DNA of 47,554 nucleotides from Chromera velia (Eukaryota): NCBI GenBank assembly GCA_018398765.1, contig JAHBMJ010000422.1, positions 1 to 47,554 of the forward strand, read 5' to 3'. Shown piece by piece: positions 36,134 to 47,554 of this stretch (position 1 is its first letter; each line of letters starts with the position of its first letter). The notes under the pieces were generated by a model. It saw only the letters and a program-made list of their open reading frames with translations, ran no database searches and was not told where the DNA came from. The position numbers and the translations under genes were made by a program.

Positions 36134-37837
36134 ATGGCTTTTCAGTCTTTTCTCATCCTACTAACTTTCCAGTGCCTGTCTCTGCTCTGGGCCCGTGCGT
36201 ACGACATCAATGTGTTTGATGAGTATGTTGCGAAGGCTCGGAACTCATCGTTCATGAGCATGAAGCTTTCGGACCCTTCCTTTGACCCATTCTTCACAGA
36301 GGCCCGGCAGAGAGAGTTGGAGGCAATAAAACGAGGATCCTGTCTCTGGTATCATGGCACACGCCTGAGCATTTTCCTATTGAGTGCCTGGCAGCACTTT
36401 TTCCGGAATCCCACACACTCATTCCTGGACAGCGTGTCATACAGAACTTTGAGGGTGTTTGAGGATGGACACCGGTGGCCGTACGCCCCCAATGCCCAAG
36501 AGTGTGTACGAAGAGGTTTAGAAACTGTCCATGATGCTTCTGAACTCACGAAGACCATCGCAGAAACATGCAATGGGGAGTGGGTCTTGGGGAGGGATCG
36601 TCCCTCACAAGGAAAAATCCGTCTGGACGATCACTTAGGTGGAATCAGCGACTCTCTCCTATCCGTTAATCTGAACATCATCTCCAAGAATGTTGGAGAA
36701 TCGGGATGGGCCATTGCCCTCCTGCCTCAGTTCGGGGGATTCGACCGGGGCGGCCTGGGGACCTGGACGCTTTCTTATCTGGACCATATACTGGACCTGT
36801 CTGTGCCCCAAGCTTTGGGCAGAAATCTGACAGCGATAGAACGCAATCAGACGATTGACCGTCTCGGCGTGCTGTTAAGTCTAACTTTGATGCGACAGGA
36901 TGACTGGTCTGTGGACTCTCGTTTCGACGCAGAGAAGCGTTCAAAAGACTTCAATTCAACAGTCGATAAAGTCAAATCCCTGTACGGCAATGCAGAGGCA
37001 GAAGAGGTCAGAAGGATTTTCCGGGAGATCAAGAGACCCGAGCCGTTGAGAAACAAAACAGGAGTCCTTTTGGCTGTCGAGATCCCAAGACAACAGTGTG
37101 AAAAGTGGGTTTACTTCTCCGAAAGCTACGGAGGCCCTGAGCGGGCAGATCCAGAGACCAACGAGACCTCTTTGGGACGAACGTTGGAGTTCTACGAGAG
37201 GAGAAAGGGACAAGAAGGACATTGGGAGACGCAGGCACGAGTCGTGTTGGAATCTTCCCTCCTTAACCGCGTTGCTTCTCCCGATTCTTCCCCCCCCTCT
37301 GCTATTCACAAAGAAAGAAACAGACACAAAGACCTCCTACCTGCTCACAGTGTGTCGGAGACGGAGACTGGTTCTCACGTCCCGTCCCCTTCTGCCAAGG
37401 CTGTCAGTAGTTCTGACGCAGACTTCGGTTCTTCAAGACTGGCTTCTGAGGGTCTGATGGAAGAGGGGGATGTACACGCGGACCCAGGCTTGCTTGTCCA
37501 CCCCCTAGGCCCCGTCTCTGCCGATCCTGCTGTCAGGGCCCTCCTCCATCTTCTCATACCCAAAACTTACAGCCTTCTTCTTAGCCCTCCGAGAGACAAG
37601 GCTGCACAACAAGAAGGAGGAGGAGGAGGAGGAGGAGGAGGACGAGGGAAAGGTGCCGCAGTACTCAGCCGCCAAGGACCAGTCATACCAACGTCCGAAC
37701 AGGAAGGGGCCGAAGAGAAGTCCCCAACCGGCGCGGCAAAGGGGTTGCTCTCCAGCACTGTTGCTCAACCAGAGGACAGACGAGAAAAAGGGCCCTTCTT
37801 GCACAGGGACGATGATTCTGCAATTATGTATGCATAG
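36134..37837 (+). CDS. Intronless putatively secreted protein of unknown function (567 aa from ATG 36134); globular region about aa 25-385, low-complexity C-terminal tail
   Basis: Long ORF with a signal-peptide-like start MAFQSFLILLTFQCLSLLWARA. Motifs LWYHGT, LLSVNLN, GVLLAVEIP, VYFSESYGGP and ETQARVVL. Confidence 0.8.
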   Translation: MAFQSFLILLTFQCLSLLWARAYDINVFDEYVAKARNSSFMSMKLSDPSFDPFFTEARQRELEAIKRGSCLWYHGTRLSIFLLSAWQHFFRNPTHSFLDSVSYRTLRVFEDGHRWPYAPNAQECVRRGLETVHDASELTKTIAETCNGEWVLGRDRPSQGKIRLDDHLGGISDSLLSVNLNIISKNVGESGWAIALLPQFGGFDRGGLGTWTLSYLDHILDLSVPQALGRNLTAIERNQTIDRLGVLLSLTLMRQDDWSVDSRFDAEKRSKDFNSTVDKVKSLYGNAEAEEVRRIFREIKRPEPLRNKTGVLLAVEIPRQQCEKWVYFSESYGGPERADPETNETSLGRTLEFYERRKGQEGHWETQARVVLESSLLNRVASPDSSPPSAIHKERNRHKDLLPAHSVSETETGSHVPSPSAKAVSSSDADFGSSRLASEGLMEEGDVHADPGLLVHPLGPVSADPAVRALLHLLIPKTYSLLLSPPRDKAAQQEGGGGGGGGGRGKGAAVLSRQGPVIPTSEQEGAEEKSPTGAAKGLLSSTVAQPEDRREKGPFLHRDDDSAIMYA

Positions 37838-38005
37838 GTCAAGGACCAGAGGCGACATCAACTTTACAAATCCAATGCACCGCGCAGAGAAGTGCTTCAC
37901 TTACTGGCTTGCCCGTTTTCAGCATGCACACTCTCAGACCTTTAAACTTCTTCCCTGTCTACCTGCGTGCTGATACATGGGGGCGTTCTTGCCTGTGTGT
38001 ACCAC

Positions 38006-38053
<48 letters not shown>

Positions 38054-38135
38054 TGTGTGAGTGAGAGAGAGAGAGAGAGAGTATATCATGTGTGTGTGTG
38101 TGTGTTTGTACGTGTGTGTACGTGTGTGTGTGCGT
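38006..38135. repeat. (TG)n/(GA)n microsatellite
   Basis: Seen directly. Confidence 0.9.
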
Positions 38136-41030
38136 GAATATGCCCGTGGGNNGGAGCGGCTTGTTCGTGTACTATTATCGGATTATGCTGCTACTTGTAT
38201 GGTCTTGTATGCCAGTGCATAGCATTGAAAGCTAGTACGCAGTCAGTTTATTCTAAAACTCGTCAGATCGATGCACCACCCATCATATGACCCATGCATA
38301 AAAACTTTTAAACAAGTTAATAGAACTAGTGATTGGATCCTCTAAAATCCGCTAGAAAATCTTACAGAATGCCCTCGCATAATGCCGCTAAAATTTGATG
38401 CTTTCCCATAAAATTTGCGAACGTCGTGAATTTACGGAAATTTTAAACTCTTAAATTCAATAGATTTTATGGTGTAGAATTTAAGCTGAAATCCCTTGCT
38501 AGATCCCTTGTAAAATCAAATACAAAAAGCTAAAATACTACAGCTAAAATCCGATATTACCCAGGACCGATAATATTCGAGTTTTAACTTGAAACTCTGT
38601 ATTACCGGGGTCTGACACCCGGTCTATAAAACTAGCAGTGAAATTCTAGCTACCTGCTTGTAAAGAAGAATCAAAAAACAAATAATTGATTTTGTCAAAT
38701 TTATTTTATTTTCCTCTAATTCCAAATCAGCTTCGCCATTGCAGTCTTGCTTCAGCCTACCGTCTCTTGAAGTAGAGCTAGAATCTTGAACAAAACTTGC
38801 ATGAACATGGACTGCCAGGACCTAGGCTCCGACGCTAGCTCCGACGGCTATAGTCATTCGTTCAAAATTAAAAAAAAAAATATTATAGGTTTTATTCTCT
38901 CAAACAACTTTAAACAATTGTCTTTAAGATGCGAGTGACACCCAGTGTTCCATTTAGAACACTAGTCTTATATATATATTATTAAAAGTTATGCAGGAAA
39001 TTAAAAGGCAATTAGACATCATATCTAGTCTATGTAAAATGTATATTGCATAGATGAAGGGATTACTCATAATTGAATTTTTCAGTTGATCGAATGTCCT
39101 AGTGAATGTCATTGACACATTGTCGTGGTATGCATCAGTCACGGTTCTAGTCACGGTTCGTACTGGAAATTTAAAACTGAAAGACGACAAGAATCGGAAA
39201 GACCGACTCCATGGGCATGCATGAATGCACGCTGCTGTAGCATTCGAGACGCATGAAATCATGATCAACAGTGTATTCCTTCTATGCGGCCCGTGATTGA
39301 TTGTGCACATAACGATCAGATGCACCTCGCTGTTGCAGCGCGCTCTTCCCTTCTGCCTTTCCTTTCACCGTGCTGTACCGTGCCCCTTCGACTCCTTGAC
39401 GGTCCACCTGCTCGACTTTGTAAGATCACTGTCAGACAACCACCAGATCGGCAGGGAAATGCGGTGGAGGAGAAGTACGCGTTCTTTCAATGTGTGACAG
39501 GTGTGTGAGAGGGAGACGAAGACGGGAAGACGGATGCATGCCTCGTTTTGCACATGCTTTTCTGGCCTCTCCTATCGTTCTGCAATCCTTCCCTCTGTCG
39601 GATGTTTTTGTCATGCTCTCTGTCCTCCAATTCCCCTGTCGGCATATGGTGGGTCGATTAGCTGGTCTGATGGAATATTGGGCACATCTAAAGTCGGGGG
39701 GTAAATTCGTTCTATATTTGTGTCATTCCGTTGTCGTTTGCCGTCACTCTCTGGACAGAACGTCTCAATTCTTTCTTTGCATTCTTCTTCGCCCCTCGCC
39801 CCCTATTCTTGTCGGGTACCGACAGGAAGAGTATCGATCAGGGAAGAAAAAAGAGGGGTCTGGCTTGGTTCAAAGAAGAGGACCGCGCACACACACGGAC
39901 AGGCAGAAAGAAGAACGGGACCAGACAGCGAAAACACACCAACAAATGCAGAAGGAAACACACATGAACTTTCAATCTGCGATTGCATGAAAGAAAGAAT
40001 GAAAGAAGGTGCCTGCCTGGGTCTGAGGGTCCCCCCGTTCCCTTTCCTTCTCCCTCGAAAAGTCGTTGTGCATGCACAAATGGAGTCCCCCCCATCCAGT
40101 AAGAGTTTGAAAGAAAAGATGCATCGTCACCAGGGTTCATTGTCTCACTCCCACCGGGGTCTCCGCGATCAAGCAGGCAGGGGCCTATTGATTGGGAAGA
40201 AGAAGAAGAGAAAAGAGATTCCTGTTAGATCAAGTGAATTCAGGTGAGAAGGAACTCATGTTTGTGGACGGCTTTCAATTTACCCCGTCATTCTTGCTTT
40301 GCTTCTTTCAGTGCATTCGCGCTGTCTCCGGATGTTCCTACCTTGTCCATTTCCGGTTGGCCTACTCATGTGTGGATGACAGCGTTTGGCAGTTTGTGTG
40401 AGCCCACCCGCCACTAAGGTATTGCCCAGACGCAGTGCCAACATGCAAGCGAATTCTTTTGTTGTGAGACGAGAGGGAAGAGACGATGGAGACGAGACGA
40501 GAAGAGACGAGACGAAGAAAGACGAAGAGAGAATGATGCGATTGGATTTTGAGGAACAAAAGAAGGACCTGAGACGTTCACGCAAGTTCATTTTGTTTGC
40601 TATGTCTGTCCCTTTTGTTTGTGCTAGGAACAATGTTATTGAATTTTCACGTATGCGATCTGTCAAGACCCATCAACATCGAGCAATGTTGCATTGAGAA
40701 AAAAATGGAAGAAATTACACGTTCACCGGACAGCAGTAAAGAGAGAAGGATTCAAACTCATTCCCACCTTCCCGAAAAAAAAAAAAAACGAAAGATATAT
40801 ACAAAGTCAGACGATCTCAAGTTGAACCTTTTTCTTTGTTTGTCTCTTCATCTTTCTCATTCCCCTGGAAGTGCTTGAAGTCCCTGGTGACAAACGTTGG
40901 TGTTCCCTTCCCGTTTTGCTTGTCTTGCATTTTTTCTTTTCTCTTTTCAACTTCTGAATTTCATGATTTGATCCAACCCGATGCGATAAGTGCCTTAAGA
41001 CCCAAATGCCTAATTTGCCCCCCCCCCCCC

Positions 41031-41086
41031 NNNNNNNNNNNNNNNNNNNNNNNNNNNNNNNNNNNNNNNNNNNNNNNNNNNNNNNN
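41031..41086. other. Assembly gap inside a poly-C tract
   Basis: N characters. Confidence 1.
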
Positions 41087-41242
41087 CCCCCCCCTGCGTT
41101 GACAACAAACCGAAAAAAGACCCGAATACAGTACCGTGTCGTCAGATGTATTTCCCCTTCCCGCACTTGTACGATCGTTCCCTTGTTCCATTTCCATTGC
41201 CCTCCTCTCCCCTGCCCCCTTTCTTTGCACGACACCCATCCC

Positions 41243-43557
41243 CTACTTGTCCTGGCTTTTCGTCTGTCCTGCTGCCGAACTCTTTGCTGCTTGTTGCTGC
41301 TGTGATGAGGACAAGGCGGGACTGTCGAAGGGAGCGAGGTACATCATTCCAGGCAGGCCGTCGGGGAGACTGGGAGGAAGAAAGTGGAAGGCTGTCGGGG
41401 TCTGCGCCCCTCCCTGCAGAGGGCTGGCAGACGACCCGGAGGAAGTCGGGGAGGAGGACGAGGCCATCCCCCCGGCTCCTGGCAGGCTGACGGGCAAGAT
41501 CGGAAAGGGATGGCTCGGGGAGGCAGCGATGAGGGTGGGGGGGACGAGTCCCGTTTTGGCTGATGGTGGAGGATTTTGGCTTTGCGTGTGAGATGATGGA
41601 TTGAGGGAAGAGTCTGTCAGAGATCGCGAGGACGAGGAAGAAGAAGGGAAACTCATGGCACACGAGCTCGCTTGACCTTGGCTGTCCCCTTTGCACCCTG
41701 CCGCTGCGATGAGGGGGGAGGGCTTTGTGGTTGTGGATGAGGAAGAGGACCTGCAGGCCTGGTCCCCTCCTCCAACCTTCTCTGTCTTTCCTGAGCGATT
41801 CAGGGGCGTCTTGTCTCCTGCTGTTGAAATTGCCCCCCCAAAGTTCATGGAGGGAAAGCCGAGAGGAGAAAACCCCATGGCTGCCAGGACAGCCCCGCTC
41901 GGGGCAAAAGACCCCAACCCCCCAGCAGCAGCAGCAGCAGCAGCAGCAGCCGAACTTAGGAAGCCCTCTGCACCCGATGGAGGGGTGGGAAGGGAGGAGA
42001 GACCCATCAACGCTGCAAACGAAAGCGGCTGCTGCTGTGTGTCCTGTTGGGTGTCGTCCCCCGTCCTTGGCTGAAGGGAAGATGTGGAGGGAGAATTTGT
42101 CCCACCAGCCTTCGGTTTCTCTGTGGGCGTAACTGGGCGAGACACACGCCCCTCTCCCCCATTCCCACTTGCACTCGCAGACACCGTTTTGCTTCCCCCC
42201 CCTCCTGGGCTCTGAGAGGGTCCGTATGGAGAGGCCCCGGCAGCGATGTAGGGGAGTGCTGACGCAAGCAGACTGCTCAGGGCTGCATCCCCATTTCCTC
42301 CCGCCCCACTCACTGCGGCAGCAGCCGCTGCGAATTGTTGGAAAGACGCTGGTGAGAACCCAGACGGTGCTGATTGGCTGAGTCCGGAAGCAGTCAGTTT
42401 GGGTGTCTTGGAGTCCTGCTGTGGGTTTGTGGGTGTTCCTCTGGTCTTTCCGCCAGATGCGGAGGAGGAAGAGGATGAGGAGGAAGCGGAAGATTTTGGG
42501 GTGAAGGCAAAGGGATTTGCCCCTGCTAAGGCGGAAGGATCGAATGGGATGTGTCCGTAAGGAGAAGGCACAAACGAGTCTTTCGGGAGGAGTATGGGAG
42601 GCTGTGCCAGGAGGGGTTTGGAGGCGGCGGTGCGCGTGGAGGGTGTTGGGTCTCCCTCTGCTTCTTCTTGGGTTGTGCCCTCCTCTGTCTCCTTCTCCCT
42701 GTCTCGCAAGCGACGCGACGAGGAAGAGGACTGACCTTCCGATGATTTCGCTTTCCGGGACCCTCGGCCGCCTTGCTGCTGCTGTTGTTGTGCTGTGTAT
42801 GGTGCAGCTTTCCGGTTCTCCCTCTCCTTCTGCACCGCTCTCCTTGTGACTGAACCTGTGTTTGCCTGATCCTCCGTGTCCTCCCCCTCTTTTTCTTTCG
42901 GCTGCCCGCTGTCCTTCTCTCGGATGGCAATCTGAACCTGGGGCTCCCCCCCTTCTGTGTGGGGGGAAGTGGGGATACGCCATTGGGGGTCCTGTGAATA
43001 TGTGTGCTGCAGCGACTGTTGGAAGTTGCCTTGAACGAGCTGGAGGTACTGGTGCAGGGCTTCCTGAGGAGGGAGTTGGTGCTGTCTTGAAAGATCTGTG
43101 TGGTCTGCCGGGATGAGTCTGGAAGAAGAGGACAGGGAGGCGGTTGACGAACTTTTCATCTTGGGGGTCTGCCTAGGCGTTGACGCAGCGGCCTGCCCCC
43201 CTGCAGTTGAGGAAAGGGATTGGCAGAACCCGGGATGCATCGAGTTAGACCGTGAGGCTGAAAATGCAGGCATGAACGCAGACTGAGTACCGGTGTAGGG
43301 GGACTGGGAGGCGTCCATGTGGGGGGGGAACTGAAGAGCATCGGGCCCCGGAAAGCCGTACCCCGGGGTACTGCCAGTGTAACCGAACCCAGCAGCAGCA
43401 GCTGCTGCCAGTGCTTCTTGGGGATTTCTTGCCAGCGGCATTGTCTGATGAGCAGCGCGGGCTCTTTCAGGAGGTGTGCTTCCTGCGTCGCCCTCAGTGG
43501 TGCCTTCGTGTCCGTACTGGTCGGCATAGTCTTCCTCCTCTAAGCCTTGGGGGTACC
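41243..43557 (-). CDS. Large terminal exon of a low-complexity (Ser/Ala/Gln/Pro-rich) hypothetical protein
   Basis: 732-aa ORF that stays open upstream to a CTGCAG acceptor at about 43558; poly-A, poly-Q and poly-S tracts. Confidence 0.75.
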
Positions 43558-43966
43558 TGCAGGGGGTCGAAAGGGAAGCGGGACAGAGAGCACGGTATTG
43601 TGGGGCATGTGGAATGTATGCATAGACTTTTCCCTTCGTGCCTCAGACAGGATGAAAAAATGAGGCCAGATTGTATCGCATCCTGAACTCTTAAACACAC
43701 GCGGAGGCTTCCACACAAATACCGGGAAAATTCGTGTCGCATTGAGAATTCTCTTTTCACGTTATATCTTGCCTGACTGAAAAAGACCCAAAGACACACT
43801 CACGCACTCACGCACCGAGATCTCAGTGGCGCGTCCCTTCCCTCCGCCCCCGAGTCGTGGAGGGGATGAGAAGAAAGACCGCCCCCAAAGAAGAAACCCC
43901 CGCCGATGAACGGACTGTGGTGGGGAGCCCGGTGACCGAATCTGCACAACGCAGACAGAAGAAATC

Positions 43967-43999
<33 letters not shown>

Positions 44000-44554
44000 G
44001 CAGACAAAATCAAGAGTTCAAGTGTGAGCAATCATCAAAGATGTTCCAGTTTTTCTCACTCCGGATCTGTTGTCTTCTTCTCTTCACAGTTGGCTCATGG
44101 ACCTTTATTCTCATCGGCTTCTGTGTGTCTCTCTCTTCCGTCTTCATTTTCTTCCCTGATACACTGCATGCATGCGTGCCTTGATTCCTTCTGCCCCTGT
44201 CCACTGGACCATGGCTGCCTTCTTGCACATGCCTCTGTTGCCTGCTGAAGTGATACCTCGAGACAATGAAGTCGCAGCTCCTGGCTCGATCCGAATTTTC
44301 GGTCAGACCATCAAATAAGGGATCAGTAATACTTCAATCACGTAGAGAAAAGACAAATCAGATCCTCCATTACCCACCAACCCACTCATCTTACCCGCTG
44401 TTTGCAAAGTCGCAGTTGGAGTAATCAAACGTTCCGTCTCCATTCGCCACAGCACCCTTCGGGGGACAGTACCTGGGTGGAGGGTACCCGCCAGGGGGGT
44501 GGAACCTTGGGATGGGCTCCCCTGGACACCAGTACTGCATTCACACACACACAC

Positions 44555-44614
44555 AGAAAGAAAGAAAGAAAGAAAGAGAGAAAGAAAGAGAGAAAGAGAG
44601 AAAGAGAGAAAGAG

Positions 44615-44653
<39 letters not shown>

Positions 44654-44654
44654 G

Positions 44655-44685
<31 letters not shown>

Positions 44686-44762
44686 GAAAGAGAAAGAGAA
44701 AGAGAAAGAGAAAGTGAAAGAGAGAAAGAGAGAAAGAGAGAAAGAGAGAAAGAGAGAAAGAG

Positions 44763-44793
<31 letters not shown>

Positions 44794-44816
44794 GAAAGAG
44801 AGAAAGAGAGAAAGAG

Positions 44817-44847
<31 letters not shown>

Positions 44848-44871
44848 GAAAGAGAGAAAGAGAAGAGAGAG

Positions 44872-44902
<31 letters not shown>

Positions 44903-44903
44903 G

Positions 44904-44938
<35 letters not shown>

Positions 44939-44999
44939 GAAAGAGAAAGTGAAAGAGAAAAAGAAAGAAAGAAAGAAAGAAAGAGAAAGAGAGAAAGAG

Positions 45000-45034
<35 letters not shown>

Positions 45035-45037
45035 GAA

Positions 45038-45072
<35 letters not shown>

Positions 45073-45077
45073 AAGAG

Positions 45078-45108
<31 letters not shown>

Positions 45109-45115
45109 GAAAGAG

Positions 45116-45146
<31 letters not shown>

Positions 45147-45147
45147 G

Positions 45148-45182
<35 letters not shown>

Positions 45183-45183
45183 G

Positions 45184-45214
<31 letters not shown>

Positions 45215-45215
45215 A
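44555..45215. repeat. About 660-bp (GAAA)n/(GA)n polypurine tract, probably intronic
   Basis: Almost purely A/G on the plus strand. Confidence 0.95.
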
Positions 45216-45492
45216 ACGAAGGTTGAGGCCCCAAGAAACTCATTCCAGGAGAATCGGCAGCGTCATGCCGTGTGAAGAAGAAAGAAAACTGAGCATCCAT
45301 GAAGGATCCTCCACTACACATCCATCCATCCATCCATCCATCCATCCACCCATACATGCTTGCAGTTCTGAAGTAGGAGAGGGCTGGGGGAGTGGATGGA
45401 AGGGATGAAAGAAGAAGGAGGCTTCACAGCAAGAGAAAGGAACGATACCATGTTCGATCAGGCTTCCACACAAAGTGTCGCTATGTAGTTAT

Positions 45493-46596
45493 TTATTTTC
45501 TCTCAATCCACTGACTGACATCGAGAGGGTTTTTGTTCGACCCTTTCTTCACCTTCTCTCTCCTGTAGATGTTCGTCCTTGCCCAGTACTGCGATGGACC
45601 GTCGAAATCCGAAAATTCCTCATCTCCGAACTCCTCCCGATACACGTCATCGATCAAGTCCAAATATTCATATTCCTTCTTCCCACTACTCTGCTGACTC
45701 TCCCGATCTTTCTCCTCAACTTCACCCGAATCACTCATCATCTCACCCTCGTCTTCTTCATTCGTCCCCCCACCGACTCTTCTGCTGCTTCGACCCCCCC
45801 TTCCTGTGCCCTTCTTGCCACCCCTGGACCCCCCTCTCAAAGTCGGAGAAGCAGAAGAGGCACCCTGCCCCCTCATCGAAAGGCGCCCCTCACGCTGACT
45901 CCCCAGAGAGCGACGCCCTCCCATACCCCTCTTTCCTATTCGAGGAGATGTGCGGAGACCCAATTTGCCTCGACCTCTTCCCCTCCCTCTGCCTCGTCCT
46001 CTCCCCCCCCTTCCCCGTCCAATACGGGAGGTGAGATCAGCAGATTCCTCCCCGTCAGATTCGTCTTCTGGTACTTCTTCCACATCCTCCCCTTCCATCG
46101 CATCGTCATCATCTTCATTGTCCTCAGGCACACGGGGCGAGCGCGACACACGCCCACCCCGAAACCGCCCACGCCCACGCCCCCCCCTCGAACCCCGACC
46201 TGACGGTACCGGAGTCTCCTCATCCTCCCCTCCCCGTAGACGCGCGCTCCCTCCCATCGTTATCTGAGGCCGTCCCCTTTTGCTCTTCACCCCAATGCCG
46301 GTATTCTGGAATCTTGCAGGAACTTTTCTTTCTCGATGGGGCCTGAGAGAGTCCTGAGCGTGATCCTGGTCACCCCTCGGACCCTCGTGACCCTCCGCCC
46401 TGTCCTCGTCTTCCACTGCAGACCACCCCTTCGGCAGCGCCGACTTGCTTTCTCCCCCCATGTCCTCATCCCCGCCGCGTCCGGCGTACTGCAGACACGT
46501 TTTAATGGAAGGACATGCTTCTTTTCCTTGAGCAGCTGTCAATACAAAGCTGCTTTCGTTTTCGGTATCAAGACCTAAATTCATGGATGTATGCAA
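45493..46596 (-). CDS. Exon encoding an RG/RGG-rich and acidic region with an AT-hook-like KRGRP; probably an upstream exon of the 41243-43557 gene
   Basis: 367-aa ORF. GAT|GTCAGT donor near 45518 splices in frame to a candidate exon at about 44395-44534 (YWCPGEPIPRFHPPGGYPPPRYCPPKG...). Confidence 0.6.
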   Translation of the reverse strand: MHTSMNLGLDTENESSFVLTAAQGKEACPSIKTCLQYAGRGGDEDMGGESKSALPKGWSAVEDEDRAEGHEGPRGDQDHAQDSLRPHRERKVPARFQNTGIGVKSKRGRPQITMGGSARLRGGEDEETPVPSGRGSRGGRGRGRFRGGRVSRSPRVPEDNEDDDDAMEGEDVEEVPEDESDGEESADLTSRIGRGRGGRGRGRGRGRGRGKLGLRTSPRIGKRGMGGRRSLGSQREGRLSMRGQGASSASPTLRGGSRGGKKGTGRGGRSSRRVGGGTNEEDEGEMMSDSGEVEEKDRESQQSSGKKEYEYLDLIDDVYREEFGDEEFSDFDGPSQYWARTNIYRREKVKKGSNKNPLDVSQWIERK

Positions 46597-47554
46597 GCTT
46601 TTTCCGGCCCGTTTTTCGGGAGCTGCGCGAAAAACCGGACAGGAGGTATAAAGAGGCCCAAACAGCCCACTCCTTACATACTTCAGGAAAGACGTTAAAA
46701 CTGGTGGGGAACGTCACATCGACAGACCGTTCTGTATGAGCGCCCATGCTGCACTTCTCTCTTGGCGTCTATTCCAAGTCGTACAAGCTCTGCAACTTCG
46801 GCACGCGTGAGCTCTTTGCCTGAGTCTTTCCAACGGACTTGCGAGGACAACTCCGGCAATTCCTCCGACATTTTCCGTCTGTCCTAACTGTCTTTTCTTT
46901 CGGAACAGGAGACCTGCTTGACAATCGTAATGGCTTCAATTCCGAATTCCTCTGAGGACCTTTTGAGCCTTGAAGCGATAAAGGTGAGAAAGGCACTCCA
47001 ATCCGAAAATGTTGTCGAATACGAAGTCTGATGCGGCTTTTACAGGACTGACATTCGGAAAGAAGCAGATATGTCAAGGCTAACTCAGTCACCTGCAAGC
47101 CAACCAAGTTGCGCCTTTCTGAAGCTTTTTCAGAGAGCAAAGGTCCTCGAAGAAAGCTCGAAAGGTTTCCATGCAAGTCGATCGATCGATCGATATATCG
47201 AAATTCAAATTTAAAAAATATCCAATTTACATGCGTTTTTCTGTATTGTAAAACCTCATACAGAGAGCCCTGTATTGGGAAAAATCCAATACAGAAACTG
47301 TTAACTATACTGTCAGCGGTCTGTATTGCTCATAATTTTAATTAATTAATTTTGAAAAATAATTTTGTATCAAAATTCAAATCTAACTGCATTAGGTAAT
47401 CTCAATCATAAATAGACATCGTAGGGACTTTCTATAGAGAAAAAAACAACAAATCTCTAAAAAAATAGATAGAAATCAGCCACACAAGTATAAATTTTAT
47501 TTTAAATAGAAAACTTAGTAATGACCCACAAAAAGTATAAAAACACTCAAATGT

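Noticed and set aside
39280..41000. Several short ORFs on both strands
   Set aside because: No recognisable motifs or consistent splice model; probably UTR or intergenic.
44402..45357. Long K/E/R-rich and F/L/S-rich ORFs
   Set aside because: Artefacts of the stop-free (GAAA)n microsatellite.

Overview
Eukaryotic, intron-rich and microsatellite-rich genomic DNA, with GC-rich genes separated by AT-rich spacers. The calcineurin B sequence, the recurrent TGCATGCA motifs and the gene style suggest an apicomplexan-related alveolate, probably a chromerid such as Chromera; this is inference. Host genes: an intact 6-exon calcineurin B (minus, 14713-17173), an intact 3-exon cytochrome P450 (29286-31578), a frameshifted ankyrin-repeat gene, an intronless putatively secreted protein with a possible ADP-ribosyltransferase-like motif set (36134-37837), a frameshifted OTU-protease gene, and two low-complexity multi-exon genes. 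Mobile DNA is abundant and nested. Two truncated Merlin/ISXO2-type transposases are present. The first is intron-containing, and a hAT-like element with a near-perfect 8-bp TSD sits in the repeat array behind it. A degenerate Ty1/copia element is split at the RT/RNase H junction by a 3.6-kb TIR element with a TTCA TSD, and its putative 3' LTR carries a long foldback. A TA-flanked MITE lies 113 bp upstream of the P450. No rRNA, tRNA or CRISPR array was seen. There are two assembly gaps.
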